A DNA stretch of 64,000 nt. It comes from Raillietiella orientalis (Eukaryota). Position 1 is the stretch's first letter; the number at the start of each line of letters is the position of its first letter. The position numbers and the translations under genes are program-made. The stretch covers positions 868,001 through 932,000 of the forward strand of contig JAYWIR010000010.1 in NCBI GenBank assembly GCA_036172245.1. Reading direction: 5' to 3'. Under the pieces are notes generated by a model, which did not search any database, had not been told where the DNA came from, and worked only from the letters and a program-made list of their open reading frames with translations. Positions 63,230 to 64,000 of this stretch are shown piece after piece.

Positions 63230-64000
63230 GGAAGGGCAGTCCTTCCGATGGGACGGCTGAATTGGTCGAGGACGTGCGTTCTGCCCGCAGGAGATCCAAG
63301 AAAGATGCCGCGGGTTCCTTCCGCCCTGCATCATGCTCGAAAGACAACCGTGTGAGGTTCACCTCAGCAGCAGAGGGGGACGGGAGAAAACAAAAACAAG
63401 AAAGAGTAAATAAAAATAAATGCAAATCTTTGGGAGGGTCGGGAAGGGATGTTGGGGGGAGTCTGCACCCTTTCTAGGATGCCGGCTAGATCCATCTGCA
63501 TAGGTCCCAGGTGGAGCCATCTGGCTGCCACCCGCAGAAGGCGGAGTGCATGCTCGATGGCGTCCCTTTCTTGTGGTCCCCTTCCAGCGTCGCTCCAGGC
63601 TGTCGCGATCGCGTGGATGCAGCAGAGCGCTGCTGAGGCTGCGGCTGGCCTCAGGGACCAGCAGAGGTCATGAAGAGGAACCGTGAAACGTCCCTGGGTG
63701 CCAATTGTGGTTCATAGGACCGCCTCAAAACGCTTCCCCATAGTGGCTGGAGGGCAGCAAAGTCCATAAGCAGGTGTGGGAAGGTTTCCCGTTCCGCCCC
63801 ACACCTGCCACAGTCCGGGTTCGTCCTCAGGTTTCGAGGGGAGGGCACTGCCGTTCTTGGGCACTGGGAGCCACTCCAGGTCTTCGTTAGGAATACGGAG
63901 CAGCGCGCTCCAGCGCTGTAGTCCTCACGGAGGGGCACTCGGGTCACAGAGTCCTCCAGCTGCCCCATGGTCCAGCCACTCATCAGCATCCGCCTGTCTA
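63230..64000 (-). mobile_element. Tx1 3' end (CCHC motif and 3' UTR), continuing beyond the window
   Basis: NPDCGRCGAERETFPHLLMDFAALQPLW, with a T-rich post-stop tract on the minus strand at ~63385-63422. Confidence 0.85.

Overview
This is eukaryotic, most likely arthropod, GC/CpG-rich non-coding DNA. I recognise no intact protein-coding gene; nearly all ORFs in the supplied track are spurious frames across decayed transposable elements. Most of the window is a nested set of heavily degenerate L1/Tx1-clade non-LTR retrotransposons (ORF1, APE endonuclease, RT and CCHC-terminal remnants on both strands, with at least 8 separate 3' ends). It also contains DNA-transposon relics (a TTAA-flanked piggyBac-like element, two pogo/Tigger relics, a Harbinger transposase remnant), a decayed ~0.9 kb 28S rRNA pseudogene, and a nearly pristine 61-bp 28S fragment with a perfect 15-bp target-site duplication. 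There are two near-identical dispersed duplications, several perfect hairpins inside old repeats, and one promoter plus first-exon candidate near 25.2-26.4 kb. The best candidate for something undescribed is that the Tx1 5' UTRs repeatedly begin with tandem tRNA-derived (B-box-bearing) units, suggesting a LINE family with a Pol III-type head or a tRNA-array-targeting history. All family assignments come from reading motifs by eye against remembered consensus sequences. Boundaries of degenerate elements are approximate (about +/-50-150 bp) unless a TSD or TIR fixes them.
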